The notes: generated by a model from the sequence alone, not told the origin. A DNA stretch of 64,000 nucleotides from Spirochaetota bacterium (GCA_025457915.1 JALOTL010000018.1:8791-72790); one strand, 5' to 3'. Positions 8,771 through 19,224 are shown, counted from the stretch's first letter. Made by a program: numbers and translations.

Positions 8771-9422
8771 TATCCGCGAATTTTTTTCTCATGTAAACCG
8801 TGTTCGCCCGGTAGATCTCCGCGTCCTTCTCCCTGTACCTCCTTTCCGGGATCCCGCCCTTTATGCATATCGCTCTTAAAAAATCTTCCCTGGAATACCT
8901 TCTTTCAAGGGCGATCTGGCCCTGCATTACCGCGCTTTTATTCAAATATTTGATATATATGGTATGGATGCCCGGCTTGAAGTCGAGGTAGTCGCCGATT
9001 TTCACCAGCCTGTCGATTATCGTTATCTCGATTTCGATGAAGGGGAGCTCTTCCCTGCCGGGCTTTTTGTATCTTTTATCAAAAAAAGCCGCGTCAATAA
9101 CCGCGGTTTTCACGGCCTCGTCCATGGAAGACACGCCCCTGATGAATCCGATACAGCCCCTTTCATTTCCGTTGTTAATGAGCCTGACGAAGACGCCGGC
9201 ATCGTCGCTGCCGTAATTGATCTCCCTGAATCCGCCCCTGCCGTTACTTTTCATCTCGTCCATCAACGCGGCCTTCGCTGAAACAAAAAGTCCTTCAAAT
9301 ACCTCCGGCGGATATTTTTTTTTCAGGATTTCGTGTCCATGATCGGAGCACGAACAATACATGAGGAATAAAGCCGCGATGAATTTTTTCAGTGATGTTT
9401 TCCTGGAGCGTGTGTTTTTCAT
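8754..9422 (-). CDS. AMMECR1 domain protein (AmmeMemoRadiSam system protein A family) with lipoprotein-like signal
   Basis: GVFVRLINNGNERGCIGF matches the AMMECR1 core. N-terminus KKFIAALFLMYCSCS. Its 3' end overlaps the convergent Memo-like gene by 17 nt. Confidence 0.7.
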   Translation of the reverse strand: MKNTRSRKTSLKKFIAALFLMYCSCSDHGHEILKKKYPPEVFEGLFVSAKAALMDEMKSNGRGGFREINYGSDDAGVFVRLINNGNERGCIGFIRGVSSMDEAVKTAVIDAAFFDKRYKKPGREELPFIEIEITIIDRLVKIGDYLDFKPGIHTIYIKYLNKSAVMQGQIALERRYSREDFLRAICIKGGIPERRYREKDAEIYRANTVYMRKKFADINTGR

Positions 9423-9959
9423 TGCCTTTATTTGAGGTTTCTTTAAGCAGGTTTTTTGCGGTTGTCAAGGAATATTTCGCCGCTTCATCCGACCAGGTTT
9501 AACGCGGCATCACGACCCCGCGGTGTCTGATTTTTAACATATCACCCATTATGAGCATTGATATGAACAGGCCGGATTTGTCAGGCGTATCTCCTGCAGG
9601 GTTTCCTTTTTTCATTTTATTGCATGTCTCCATTTTAACACGGTCATTTCTGAATATAATAAATTGGAACTTCACCGGTCCGGGATGGACCCCGCATCAA
9701 TAATGGATATCAAAAACAGATTGGGAAAAAAGCCAGAAAAGATTACAAGTTTATATACATGTCGTTTAAACCGTTGGAAATTCATTGGTTTCATAATTTA
9801 AAAAAAACGGGCGCAGATGGAAAAAAACTGGTCCGGAATGAATTCAAGTTGAAAATATAGCCCCGTTTTTTTATTTTTCCAAAAAATAAAAATTTTGATT
9901 TATTCAATTAATGAATGCCAATCCATTTGATTTTCAAATGAGGCAACTAAAAAATTTAA

Positions 9960-10496
9960 ATGAGGTTTTCCATGAAGACATTGATGAAATTTTCACCGGT
10001 TTTTTGTCTGTTGTTTCTAATAAGCTGCTTCGGCACCTCTACCCAGGTCACAAAGTTTTCCAGCCTTAATAAATCCACGATCGATACCTGGTATCTTGAT
10101 TTCACCTACAATTACGGCAAACTGACCGAAACGGTCAACGAGTCCGGCAAGAAAAGCGAATCGGTCACGAAGGTGATACCGGAGAAGTACATGCAGTTCC
10201 TCGACCATCTGTACTACTCCCTTTCGGGCGATTATAAAATAAATGTAAAAAAGGGCAGGCCCTCGGGCAAGAATTACGGACTGATCCTGATCAATCCGCT
10301 GGATTCACAGCACATCCTCATGTCCCAGCTCGATTCGGTTGACGTAACCATATATGATAACAATGAAAAATTGACTAAGAGGCTTTACATCAAAAACGAT
10401 TATACCAGTTACGTGTTTTTCGGCACTCCCAAAAAGGACCTGGAGCCGCTTGCGAAGTATACCGCGGGAGAGATCAAAAAGGCCCTGGGCGATTGA
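9960..10496 (+). CDS. hypothetical lipoprotein
   Basis: Signal and lipobox FCLLFLISCFG. The true start may be the ATG at 9972. Confidence 0.6.
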   Translation: MRFSMKTLMKFSPVFCLLFLISCFGTSTQVTKFSSLNKSTIDTWYLDFTYNYGKLTETVNESGKKSESVTKVIPEKYMQFLDHLYYSLSGDYKINVKKGRPSGKNYGLILINPLDSQHILMSQLDSVDVTIYDNNEKLTKRLYIKNDYTSYVFFGTPKKDLEPLAKYTAGEIKKALGD

Positions 10497-10526
10497 CCGG
10501 CTTTACTGAAACTGTCGCGATATATT

Positions 10527-10548
10527 AAATGCCCCTCCCGGGGCATTT
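10527..10548. terminator. intrinsic-terminator-like hairpin
   Basis: AAATGCCCC-tccc-GGGGCATTT, 31 nt after the stop at 10496. Confidence 0.55.
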
Positions 10549-10726
10549 AATTGTCACTGACAGTGACTGGGCACATTAAGGGGGGATTTATAACTATTGC
10601 TGGCTTCGGCTGCGCTCAGCCAGCGGTAATGCAGTCGTCGATCATTCCCGCTCGTTGAGCGCCTGCACTGAGCCTGGTCGAAGTGCAGTCGAAACGAGGA
10701 TGTAAATCAGCTTTTAGAAAAGTCCG

Positions 10727-11164
10727 TTACCCGGCCTCTGACCGTGTTTTTCCGTAAAATACCGGAGGATGCCAGCGGCATTTAAGTTGAAACGGAGCGG
10801 AAACGGAGGGACAGACTTTCATGATAAAGGAAGAATGACCGGTATTTTCTCTCTGCATGGTATCGGTTGCCGATCGCGCAGTAATGTTCCGCCCCATGTA
10901 CAGAGAGATGAAGAGATTATAGCCGCTCGCGCGGAGCTTTGCCGCCCTTCTTCGCCATTTTTCCCTGTCGCCGTCATCAAGCGTTTGCCATGACCGGACC
11001 GCGTCGCCGAAGGCGCGGCGGACGGCCCTCTGGGGCTCCGTGTCCGGGTTGGCGGGGACCACGCGTCTGCGCGCGTATGTTCTGCCGTGCCTGCGGTAGA
11101 AGACCAGGCCGCCTATTGAGCCGCTGATAGATTCGACGGGATGTGCCGGGGTGATGCTTGCCAT
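10727..11164 (-). CDS. hypothetical basic protein
   Basis: AAGGAG RBS 7 nt before the ATG. The N-terminal 95 aa look protein-like (GSIGGLVFYRRHGRTYARRRVVPANPDTEPQRAVRRAF). The C-terminal ~50 aa look non-protein-like, so the true 3' end is uncertain. Confidence 0.5.
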   Translation of the reverse strand: MASITPAHPVESISGSIGGLVFYRRHGRTYARRRVVPANPDTEPQRAVRRAFGDAVRSWQTLDDGDREKWRRRAAKLRASGYNLFISLYMGRNITARSATDTMQRENTGHSSFIMKVCPSVSAPFQLKCRWHPPVFYGKTRSEAG

Positions 11165-11283
11165 GATGGTGCTCCTTTTAAATCTTGATGGCGTCTTTAA
11201 TGGTAACGACCGGCGGAAGGATAAATTGAAAAATTAATACAGGGAAAGATGGGGAAGACAGGTCATTGAAGCGATGTCTGCGT

Positions 11284-12564
11284 TCAGCCCTTCTGCGCGA
11301 AGGGGATGGTGAAGGTAAACTCTGCCCATTCGCCCTCTTTCGATTCGGCCCAGATTTTCCCGCCGTGCAGCCTTATTATCCTCCAGCTGTTGTAGAGTCC
11401 GATGCCCGTGCCCTTCCTGGATGAAAGCTCCGGCTTGTCCAGCCTGGAGAATTTCCTGAAAAGCTTTTTTTTCTGTTCTTCGGAAAATCCCGGACCGGCG
11501 TTCCGGACGGACATCCTGACCGAGCCCGCATCGTCCTTCAGAGAGATTTTTATTTCTCCGTCATTGTTCCCGTATTTGACCGCGTTCGAGAGCAGGTTGG
11601 TGACCACGATCTTCATGAGGTTTGGATCGCATTCCACTTCTGGAAATGAAGAGGGGACGCCTGAAACCAGGGTGACGCCCTTTTCTTTCATGAGGGGGGC
11701 GGCTATGTCGAGCGATTCATTCACGACCTCCGCGATGAAGTCCGTTTTCCTGGATATCAGCGAGACCTCGCCGCCCTCGAACTTGGCCAGGCTCAGGTAT
11801 TGCGATACCAGGTCGCTCAGGTACCTTGCCTTGTTCACCATCCTGTTGACGTAATCCGCCTGGGGACCTTTTATCTCCCCGACATACCCTGCGGCAAGGG
11901 TGCTCCCCATTGTTATTATCGAGTCCAGCGGGCTCTTGAGCTCGTGCGTGACGAAGCCGAGCATCTCCATGTAGGAATTGATGGACTGCGATAGCTGTTC
12001 GATGCGGTAGGCCTTTTCCACGGCCTGGCTGAGCCTCTCGGAAACCGCGTGGTGCAGTCCGAGCTCCCTTTCCCCGTATGCGTCCTTTTTAACCGAGCTG
12101 AAAAAGAGAAGGCCCACGGGTCTTTTGTCGACCTCCAGCGGGCAGGTCATGCTCGAGAGTATGCCCTCCTTCAGTAGGAGGGCGGTGGATTCGCTTTCCG
12201 GATGGCCGGCATGATAGGCGTCCAGGTCGTTGATTATCCTCGGACTGCCGGACTCGAAAATTTTTTTCAGCGAGCTGCCCTCGATCTCCGCGCTGTATCC
12301 CTCGCCCAGGTGGATGTTTTCATAACCGGCAACGACGATGTAAAGGACCATCCTGTTGCCGTTCTCCTCCAGGAAGGAGACGCCGATCCTGTCGCAGGGC
12401 AGTATCCTCTGTATTTCCCTGAACAGGAAAACGAGTATTTCCCTGAGGGAATTTCCCGCGGCGATTTTCCGGTTGATGAAGTCCAGCACCAGGGTTTCAT
12501 CGGGGGAAAAGGACGTCCCTGCCTGGGATTCGACATATTCTATGGTGGGCCTGGAATTCTTCAT
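11284..12564 (-). CDS. GAF-domain sensor histidine kinase
   Basis: H-box FVTHELKSPL, N-box NLLSNAVKYG, G-box GTGIGLY. The N-terminal ~180 aa are GAF-like. Confidence 0.85.
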   Translation of the reverse strand: MKNSRPTIEYVESQAGTSFSPDETLVLDFINRKIAAGNSLREILVFLFREIQRILPCDRIGVSFLEENGNRMVLYIVVAGYENIHLGEGYSAEIEGSSLKKIFESGSPRIINDLDAYHAGHPESESTALLLKEGILSSMTCPLEVDKRPVGLLFFSSVKKDAYGERELGLHHAVSERLSQAVEKAYRIEQLSQSINSYMEMLGFVTHELKSPLDSIITMGSTLAAGYVGEIKGPQADYVNRMVNKARYLSDLVSQYLSLAKFEGGEVSLISRKTDFIAEVVNESLDIAAPLMKEKGVTLVSGVPSSFPEVECDPNLMKIVVTNLLSNAVKYGNNDGEIKISLKDDAGSVRMSVRNAGPGFSEEQKKKLFRKFSRLDKPELSSRKGTGIGLYNSWRIIRLHGGKIWAESKEGEWAEFTFTIPFAQKG

Positions 12565-12632
12565 TTTGTTTATCCGGAAGAAATATACCTAACATAAAAA
12601 GGGGTTTAAGTCAATTCTTTCGGATCAAAATA

Positions 12633-12661
12633 TTGCAATTTTTACCGGCATAGTTTATTAT
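12633..12661 (+). promoter_or_regulatory. sigma70-like promoter
   Basis: TTGCAA - 17 nt - TATTAT, 18 nt upstream of the ATG at 12679. Confidence 0.4.
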
Positions 12662-12678
12662 TAATCAGGGGAATATCC

Positions 12679-13893
12679 ATGGCGGATGAAACCGGGGGAC
12701 CGGAGATAGTAATAGGAATACCGTCGTACATGGAGGCCGACGGAATCGGGTTCGTGGCGTCAGTCGTCGACGAGGGCCTGTCAAGGCATTTTCCGCGGTC
12801 ACGCGCCCTTATCGTAAACGCGGACAACGCCAGCCCGGACGGCACTGGAAAGGCATTCATGGCGGTCGAAACGGGGACCGCGAAGAAATACCTGCCCACG
12901 AAAAAGGGCGTCACGGGAAAGGGCAGCAACATAATCAACCTCCTGCGCCATTCGCTCAAATCCGGGACGCCGCGCTGCGTAACGGTCGTGGACGCGGACC
13001 TCAGGTCGATCACGCCGGAATGGATAAAATACCTGGTCGAGCCGGTCATGAAGGGATACGACTACGTGATGCCGAGGTATTCGAGGCACCAGTTCGACGG
13101 CACCATCACGAACCACATCTGTTATCCCCTCATATACGGGCTCCTCGGGGAAGACATCAGGCAGCCCATAGGCGGCGATTTTTCCATGAGCGGCAGGTTC
13201 GCCGTGCACCTTGCTTCGGTGAAATGGCCTGCGTCCGCCAGGCTTTACGGCGTCGACATATTCATGACGATGAACGCCGTCATGGGCGGCTTCAGGATAT
13301 GCGAGACCGGTCTCGGGGCCAAGGTTCACAAGGCGAGCGCTCCCAAGCTCGGGCCCATGTTCACGCAGGTGGTGGAGACCTTTTTCAGCATGGTTCTTTC
13401 AAGGAAGGCGGACTGGCTGGGGCTGCCGTCCGGGAACCCCGCACAGAAGCCGCAGTTCGGACTGAAAAGGCCGGACCCGCCCCAGGAGCTTTCGATAGAC
13501 ATAAGGGACCTCAAGGAGAAGCTCAGGACGGAGTTTTTTTCCAGGGAGAAGCTGCTTGGCAGATATTTGAGTGATTACCTGTATACCAGGATCAGCAGGA
13601 TGGTCGACAGGGACCATTTCGACCTCGATATACTCACCTGGACCCAGGCCGTGTACCAGCTGCTCTTTTCATATGACAACGGCTCCCCGGCCGCCAGGGC
13701 GGAGATAATCGAGGCGCTCAAGCCGCTTTATTTCGCGAGGTCAGTGAGCTTCGACTACGAGACATGGAAATACAGGCACGATTACGCCGAGGAGCTTATC
13801 GTGGACCAGGCCAAGGCCTTCGCCTCCCAGAAGCCGTATTTCTACGGGCTGTACCTGAAGGCCGCGCACGACGCCGACAGAAGAATCAAATGA
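12679..13893 (+). CDS. glycosyltransferase (GT-A fold, family-2-like)
   Basis: N-terminal IVIGIPSYMEADGI...NADNASPDGTG and a VVDADL (DxD-like) motif. The specific substrate is unknown. Confidence 0.6.
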   Translation: MADETGGPEIVIGIPSYMEADGIGFVASVVDEGLSRHFPRSRALIVNADNASPDGTGKAFMAVETGTAKKYLPTKKGVTGKGSNIINLLRHSLKSGTPRCVTVVDADLRSITPEWIKYLVEPVMKGYDYVMPRYSRHQFDGTITNHICYPLIYGLLGEDIRQPIGGDFSMSGRFAVHLASVKWPASARLYGVDIFMTMNAVMGGFRICETGLGAKVHKASAPKLGPMFTQVVETFFSMVLSRKADWLGLPSGNPAQKPQFGLKRPDPPQELSIDIRDLKEKLRTEFFSREKLLGRYLSDYLYTRISRMVDRDHFDLDILTWTQAVYQLLFSYDNGSPAARAEIIEALKPLYFARSVSFDYETWKYRHDYAEELIVDQAKAFASQKPYFYGLYLKAAHDADRRIK

Positions 13894-13918
13894 GCAGCGC
13901 TGCAGGGGCCTCTTCGGT

Positions 13919-15034
13919 TTAATGCAGAAATCCCCTGTCCCAGTCCTTCCAGACCGGGTCCAGTCCGCTTTTCTTCAGCATGGCGGTTATCTCTTCCGGC
14001 GAGCGGGTGTCCTCGACGCTGAACTGGCCGTCAGCAAGGCCGGTATCGGAATACCCGCCGGGGCTTGTTTTCGACCCGGCGCTCATGGACGTTATCCCGA
14101 GCGGAACTAGCCGGTCCCTGAGCCGCGCGGGCTCCCTGGTCGAGAGAACGAGTCCCGCGTCAGGGAGGATTATCCTCATCGCGCAGATGAGCTGCGCAAG
14201 GTCCCGGTCCGCGACCTCCGCCGGCGGAGAGAAGCCGCCCGGCGCGTTTCTTATCCTCGGGAACGATACGAGGACCTGGGTCTTCCAGTATTTTTTCGAG
14301 AGGTAGAGCGCGTGGAGCGCGGTGAAGAACGAGTCGGTCCGCCAGTCGGAAAGTCCCAGGAGCGCGCCGATCCCTATCCGCCTGAACCCGGCCATGCCGC
14401 CCCTGTCGGGCGCGTCCAGCCTCCATTCGTAGTCGCTTTTTTTTCCTGAAGGGTGCATCGCGGAATAGGTCCCCCTGTTGTATGTTTCCTGGTAGAGGGT
14501 GAGACCGTCCGCCCCGGATTCCGTCATCGACCGGTATCCTTCCGCGTCCATCGGGTAGACCTCTATGGACACGGAGGCGAACACCGAATGCATTGCTTCA
14601 ACGGCGTCACGCAGCGATCCTGCCGGTACTGCGCGCGTGTCCTCCCCGGTGAGGAGGAGAACGTGCCTGAAGCCCTTTTCATGGAGGGCCCGGGCCTCTT
14701 CCCTGATCTGCTCTTCGTTAAGGGTCACCCGCTTGATGTCGTTGTCGGCGTTGAACCCGCAGTACAGGCAGCGGTTGGAGCATTCGTTCGAAATGTAGAG
14801 GGGCGCGTAGAGCTGTACCGTGTTGCCGAACCTGGCCCTGGTTATTTTTGCGGAGAGTGCGGACATTATATCGAGGTATTTTCCCGCGGCCGGCGACAGC
14901 AGCGCACGGATCCCTTCCGCGTCCGCGGCCCCGTTCCGGAGGGCCCTGAGGACGTCGTCTTCCGTCGAGGATAGTATCCTTTCCGAAACTGCGCCCCAGG
15001 AATAATTTTTCACCGAGTCGAGAAACGTCTTCAT
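13919..15034 (-). CDS. thiH: 2-iminoacetate synthase ThiH (radical SAM)
   Basis: [10 protein letters not shown] radical-SAM cluster motif. ATGA start/stop overlap with the upstream thiG. Confidence 0.85.
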   Translation of the reverse strand: MKTFLDSVKNYSWGAVSERILSSTEDDVLRALRNGAADAEGIRALLSPAAGKYLDIMSALSAKITRARFGNTVQLYAPLYISNECSNRCLYCGFNADNDIKRVTLNEEQIREEARALHEKGFRHVLLLTGEDTRAVPAGSLRDAVEAMHSVFASVSIEVYPMDAEGYRSMTESGADGLTLYQETYNRGTYSAMHPSGKKSDYEWRLDAPDRGGMAGFRRIGIGALLGLSDWRTDSFFTALHALYLSKKYWKTQVLVSFPRIRNAPGGFSPPAEVADRDLAQLICAMRIILPDAGLVLSTREPARLRDRLVPLGITSMSAGSKTSPGGYSDTGLADGQFSVEDTRSPEEITAMLKKSGLDPVWKDWDRGFLH

Positions 15035-15819
15035 CGCAGGAGACCGTCAAGCGGGCTTGACGCGCTGGCGTCGCCCTCCGGCGGCATGCCGGAAAGCATG
15101 GCGCGCCTGCCTGCCTCCACCGCCATCCTGAACGCTCCGGCCAGCGAGGCCGGGTCGCCGGCGGTAGCGATCGCTGTGTTTACCAGGACGGCGTCAGCGC
15201 CCATTTCCATCGCCCTGGCCGCCTGTGACGGTGCGCCGATCCCGGCGTCGACCACCACCGGCACGTTCGACATCCCGATGATGATCCTGAGGTTGTCCTC
15301 GGTCCTCAGTCCCCTGTTGGAGCCTATCGGCGACCCCAGGGGCATCACCGTTGCGCAGCCCGCCTCCTCGAGCCTCTTGGCCAGTATAGGGTCGGCGTTG
15401 ATGTATGGAAGAACGGTGAATCCCTCTTTCACGAGGATCTCAGCCGCCTTCAGCGTCTCGATCGGGTCGGGGAGAAGAAACCTCGGGTCCGGCGTGACCT
15501 CGAGCTTCACCCAGTTTCCGCAGCCCATCTCCCTCGCGAGCCTGCAAAGCCTGACGGCCTCGTCCGCGTCCCTCGCCCCCGATGTGTTGGGGAGAAGTCG
15601 GATTTTTTTATTGCCCGTTACCGCGGAAAGGAGGTCGTCGGAAGGGTTTTCCAGGTCGACCCTGCGGAGCGCGACCGTCACCATTTCGGTTCCGGACTCT
15701 TCTATCGCGGAATTCATCGCGGCGATCGAAGAGAATTTTCCTGATCCGAGAAAGAGCCTGGATCTGAATGCGCTGCCCGCGATCACAAGTTCGTCCGTTT
15801 TTATGTCGTATGATTTCAC
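15031..15819 (-). CDS. thiG: thiazole synthase ThiG
   Basis: Full-length similarity pattern to ThiG ([38 protein letters not shown]). GTG start preceded by GGAG. Confidence 0.9.
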   Translation of the reverse strand: MKSYDIKTDELVIAGSAFRSRLFLGSGKFSSIAAMNSAIEESGTEMVTVALRRVDLENPSDDLLSAVTGNKKIRLLPNTSGARDADEAVRLCRLAREMGCGNWVKLEVTPDPRFLLPDPIETLKAAEILVKEGFTVLPYINADPILAKRLEEAGCATVMPLGSPIGSNRGLRTEDNLRIIIGMSNVPVVVDAGIGAPSQAARAMEMGADAVLVNTAIATAGDPASLAGAFRMAVEAGRRAMLSGMPPEGDASASSPLDGLLR

Positions 15820-16030
15820 GTTTTTTCTCCGGTAGTGATCATGTTTTAACCGGGGGCCTGTTAATTGTCAAGCAAACGGATCGTTCATATTTTTTTTACC
15901 GGCAATATTTTTCTTGTCAAACCGGCGCTTTTATAGTTTAATTTATTTACGGCCCGGGGAATGCGCCCCGGAGCCGCTTTATGTCGCAAATCCGCTTGTC
16001 CGCGGTTTTTCTCTTTAGTTCGAGATTGAT

Positions 16031-16438
16031 CCGGAGGGGAACGAGCGGCCGCGCCTGAACCATGCGGTCTTCTTCGTGGGATCGCGGTTCGGTGAGGAAA
16101 GTCCGGACACCGAAGGGCAGGACGCCGGGTAACGCCCGGGCGCCGCGAGGCGATGGAAAGTGCAACAGAAAACATACCGCCCCCCGGTTCCGCCCGGAGC
16201 AAGTCTTGAGGCTTGCCCCGGGCGGAGTCGAGGGGTAAGGGTGAAAAGGCGAGGTAAGAGCTCACCGCGGCTCCCGCAAGGGTGCCGGCAGTGTAAACCC
16301 CGTCCGGTGCAAGGCCAAGCATCAGCCGCCTGAGGGCTGCCCGCCCGAGGCTGAGGGTAGGCCGCAAGGAGGTGCGCGGCGACGCGCATCCAAGATAGAT
16401 GGCCGCATAAACAGAATCCGGCTTATGGTCCCCTCCGG
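16031..16438 (+). ncRNA. rnpB: RNase P RNA, bacterial type A
   Basis: P1 pairing CCGGAGGGGA...TCCCCTCCGG. Universal GAGGAAAGTCCGG, GTGCAACAGAAAACATACCGCC, GGTAAGGGTGAAA and ACAGAATCCGGCTTAT elements are present. Confidence 0.95.
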
Positions 16439-16575
16439 TAAAAAAAGCCGCGTGAAAGCGGCCGAGAGGTTTCCGCCGTCGCAGGGATGCGGCGGCGCGT
16501 TGCGGGGCCGGTTCCGTGAAAACGGATGCCGGGATCCGTGAAAACGACTGCCCTATAAAAAAAGGAGGTTCAGAG

Positions 16576-16869
16576 ATGAAAAAGATTCTTGTCCTCGCGA
16601 CAGCGCTCGTCGTATGCATGACAGGGATGCTGTACAGCGCTAAAATTTCCCTTTACCAGGCCGTGGATCTCTTCATCTGCGAGGAGAGCCAGACCCTCGC
16701 GGAAATGCTTGCGAAAACAAAGATTTCCAGGATGGAGCTTTACACAGTCAGCTACTGCAGCTGCAACGGCGTGGACCCGGGTTTTAAAAAGGCCGTGACC
16801 AAGACTTCCTGCGAGAAGCCCAAGGATATGGTTTATTCGTGCATCTGCATAGGAAGATCAAGCTACTGA
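16576..16869 (+). CDS. small secreted Cys-rich protein
   Basis: AAAGGAGG RBS, signal MKKILVLATALVVCMTGMLYS, eight Cys in the predicted mature ~76-aa protein (nine in the 97-aa precursor). Confidence 0.6.
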   Translation: MKKILVLATALVVCMTGMLYSAKISLYQAVDLFICEESQTLAEMLAKTKISRMELYTVSYCSCNGVDPGFKKAVTKTSCEKPKDMVYSCICIGRSSY

Positions 16870-16882
16870 CCTGGATGGGCTG

Positions 16883-17833
16883 ATGGAAAAATACAGAAGA
16901 ATACTTATAACAATAATGTCCCTGCTGGTGCTGTCCGCGGTTATCGCGATAATCGACATCAGCATGAACCTGCAGTCAGGCGGGAAGATATCGTTCGGAT
17001 CGCCGCAGTTCGGCCCGGGGATTGGGGTGGTCAGGATAGAGGGCCCCATAGAGCTGTCGAACCAGATGGGGGCGGTCGGCCTGACAGCGAACGCCGACGC
17101 CGTCGTGGCAAGGCTGAACGATCTCGAAAGAAACGGCAGCGTCAAGGCGATCGTCGTGAGGATAAACTCTCCAGGCGGCACTCCCGCCGCCACGCAGGAG
17201 ATATACCAGAAAATATGGAAGCTCAGGAAAAAGAACATCCCTATCGTGGCCTCTCTCGGTGAGATCGCCGCTTCCGGGGGATATTACATCGCTTCGGCGT
17301 GCAACGTGATCGTGTCCAACCACAGCACGATGACCGGGTCCATAGGGGTCATCGCGCACACCCCGAACCTCAAAAGGCTTTTTGAAAAGGTCGGGATAGA
17401 CATGACCGTCATCAAGACGGGCAGATACAAGGACATGCTCGCCTATTACAAGGACCTGACCGCGGATGAAAGGGCGATCATGCAGAACATGATCGACTCC
17501 ACTTACAACAGGTTTTTGAAGGACGTCGCGCTTGGCAGGAACATGGACCAGACCGAGATCAGGCCGATAGCTGACGGCAGGATTTTCGACGGGGAAACGG
17601 CCCTGCAGCTCAAGCTCGTGGACGCGGTCGGGACCTTCGAGGACGCCGTCGACAGGGCGAGGGCCATGGCGAAGCTTTCAGAGACCAGCCCGGTTTACGA
17701 CGAGATGAAGAGCCCATTCCAGCAGTTGTTCATGGGTTTCGAATCAATGATGAGGGGCGGGAACGTGATTGAAAGAAGCATGGGGAGCATTCAGCAGCAT
17801 CCATACGGCCTTGAATACAGGTGGATGAGATGA
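16883..17833 (+). CDS. sppA: signal peptide peptidase SppA (36K type)
   Basis: Motifs INSPGG, ASGGYYIASA and TGSIGV. Confidence 0.85.
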   Translation: MEKYRRILITIMSLLVLSAVIAIIDISMNLQSGGKISFGSPQFGPGIGVVRIEGPIELSNQMGAVGLTANADAVVARLNDLERNGSVKAIVVRINSPGGTPAATQEIYQKIWKLRKKNIPIVASLGEIAASGGYYIASACNVIVSNHSTMTGSIGVIAHTPNLKRLFEKVGIDMTVIKTGRYKDMLAYYKDLTADERAIMQNMIDSTYNRFLKDVALGRNMDQTEIRPIADGRIFDGETALQLKLVDAVGTFEDAVDRARAMAKLSETSPVYDEMKSPFQQLFMGFESMMRGGNVIERSMGSIQQHPYGLEYRWMR

Positions 17834-18432
17834 TCGAGACTCTCCTTTCCCTGCGATGGACCGATTATTTCCTCTACGTGCTGGTCGACCCGAGGAGCCT
17901 TTACAGGCACATCAGCCAGAACGATCCGAAGGCCTTCGCGCTCAGCTTTACCGTGCCGGCCGCGGCGGCGATAGTGGATATACTGGCGGCCTCCCTTTTC
18001 GGGAACCAGACCCTGTTTTTTTTCTACAAGATAACCTACGGGTGGATACTGCTCTCGATTTTTTACGTGCTGAAAAACGCCGTGATCTCCACGATAATGG
18101 ACGCGTCAGCCCAGTTCCAGGGAATGAAAGGCAACGCCAGGGAGATGGTCTGCCTCATCAACTTCTCCATGTTCCCCCAGGTGTTCATATTGCCCCTGAC
18201 CTGTATATTCGTCGCGTCCGGGTTCGCACCGGTGTTTTTCTACATTGCCGTCGGCCTGGGGCTCTCGGTCTGGTCGGCCCTGGTGGCCATCCAGGGCATA
18301 GCGGAGATGCACAGGACCAATACGGGGAAGGCTGTTTTTATTTTTATTTTTCCGTACATCGTAATATGGGCCTCGCTTTTCTTCATGACGGTTCTTCTTT
18401 TCATATTGATGGGCGGGTATCTCAGCTCCTAG
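17821..18432 (+). CDS. Yip1-like polytopic membrane protein
   Basis: 203 aa with five hydrophobic helices. Overlaps the sppA stop by 13 nt. Confidence 0.55.
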   Translation: MDEMIETLLSLRWTDYFLYVLVDPRSLYRHISQNDPKAFALSFTVPAAAAIVDILAASLFGNQTLFFFYKITYGWILLSIFYVLKNAVISTIMDASAQFQGMKGNAREMVCLINFSMFPQVFILPLTCIFVASGFAPVFFYIAVGLGLSVWSALVAIQGIAEMHRTNTGKAVFIFIFPYIVIWASLFFMTVLLFILMGGYLSS

Positions 18433-18437
18433 CCCCG

Positions 18438-19097
18438 TTAGAAGAAAATGGAAAAACCGGCCGCCGCGTAGAGGCTGTAATGCACATCCGCGGGCCTGTT
18501 GTCCTCCAGCGTTAAAAAATTATGGTAAAGCGTGAAATTTATTAATGCGCCGTTCAGGGCATATTTAAGCGACGTCGAGACATCGGGTGAAAAACTCGAA
18601 TGACCGCCCGAGCCGGATGTGCCGTACAGGACAGCGAGTTCCGGCGAAATATCGAGATACAGCTTTTCGGACAATTTGAATGTATAGCCCAGCATGGGCG
18701 CGAAACCGAAATCCACTCCGGACCTGCTTTCCCTGAGGACCAGCATTACGGGCATGTTCTGAAAAACGTACCTGACAGTCCTGTAATACCTGGTGTATTG
18801 CATCAGGAGGTCCAGGCCGACGTGGAATTTGTCCAGCGGGTAATACTGGAAGGCGGGATGGATTCCGAATGAGGACCTGTCGTATTTCAGTGTCGAAACC
18901 GAAGATGAAATGCCTCCCTGGATCTCGAGCGTGCCTGCATCTGAAAAATTCTTTTTTCCCCGGTCTGGTTTTTCAGCCGCGCTTTCCTTTTTTTCCCGGG
19001 TGGCCGAGTCAGCCGCCTCCGGGACTTTATCGTTTTCCCCCGCCTGAAGCGATGCCGCCAGGGCCATGATGATGATTGACAGAAAGATGCGTTTCAT
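18438..19097 (-). CDS. small outer-membrane beta-barrel protein
   Basis: Signal peptide MKRIFLSIIIMALAASLQA, alternating beta-strand pattern, C-terminal ..AAAGFSIFF. Confidence 0.65.
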   Translation of the reverse strand: MKRIFLSIIIMALAASLQAGENDKVPEAADSATREKKESAAEKPDRGKKNFSDAGTLEIQGGISSSVSTLKYDRSSFGIHPAFQYYPLDKFHVGLDLLMQYTRYYRTVRYVFQNMPVMLVLRESRSGVDFGFAPMLGYTFKLSEKLYLDISPELAVLYGTSGSGGHSSFSPDVSTSLKYALNGALINFTLYHNFLTLEDNRPADVHYSLYAAAGFSIFF

Positions 19098-19224
19098 GCC
19101 GAGCCTCCGGAAATAAAATATCTGTAATACGGATATAACCGCACGTTTGATGCGTCAATGGTTTTTTGCACGCCGTCATTCGTATGTGGGGACCTCTAAA
19201 AATCAAATTTGGGTGTTCCCTTGC

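Noticed and set aside
15820-16030. Expected TPP riboswitch and thiS upstream of thiG
   Set aside because: I could not find the conserved CTGAGA / ACCTGATCTGGATAATGCCAGCG-like elements on the minus strand. Only two weak TTGACA-type promoter candidates and one GC hairpin (CCGGGG..CCCCGG) are present. A covariance-model scan would be decisive.
15885-16619. 244-aa ORF on the minus strand
   Set aside because: It lies antisense across the RNase P RNA gene (16031-16438). Its translation is Arg/Pro/Ala-rich with no motif, so it is an artefact of GC-rich structured RNA.
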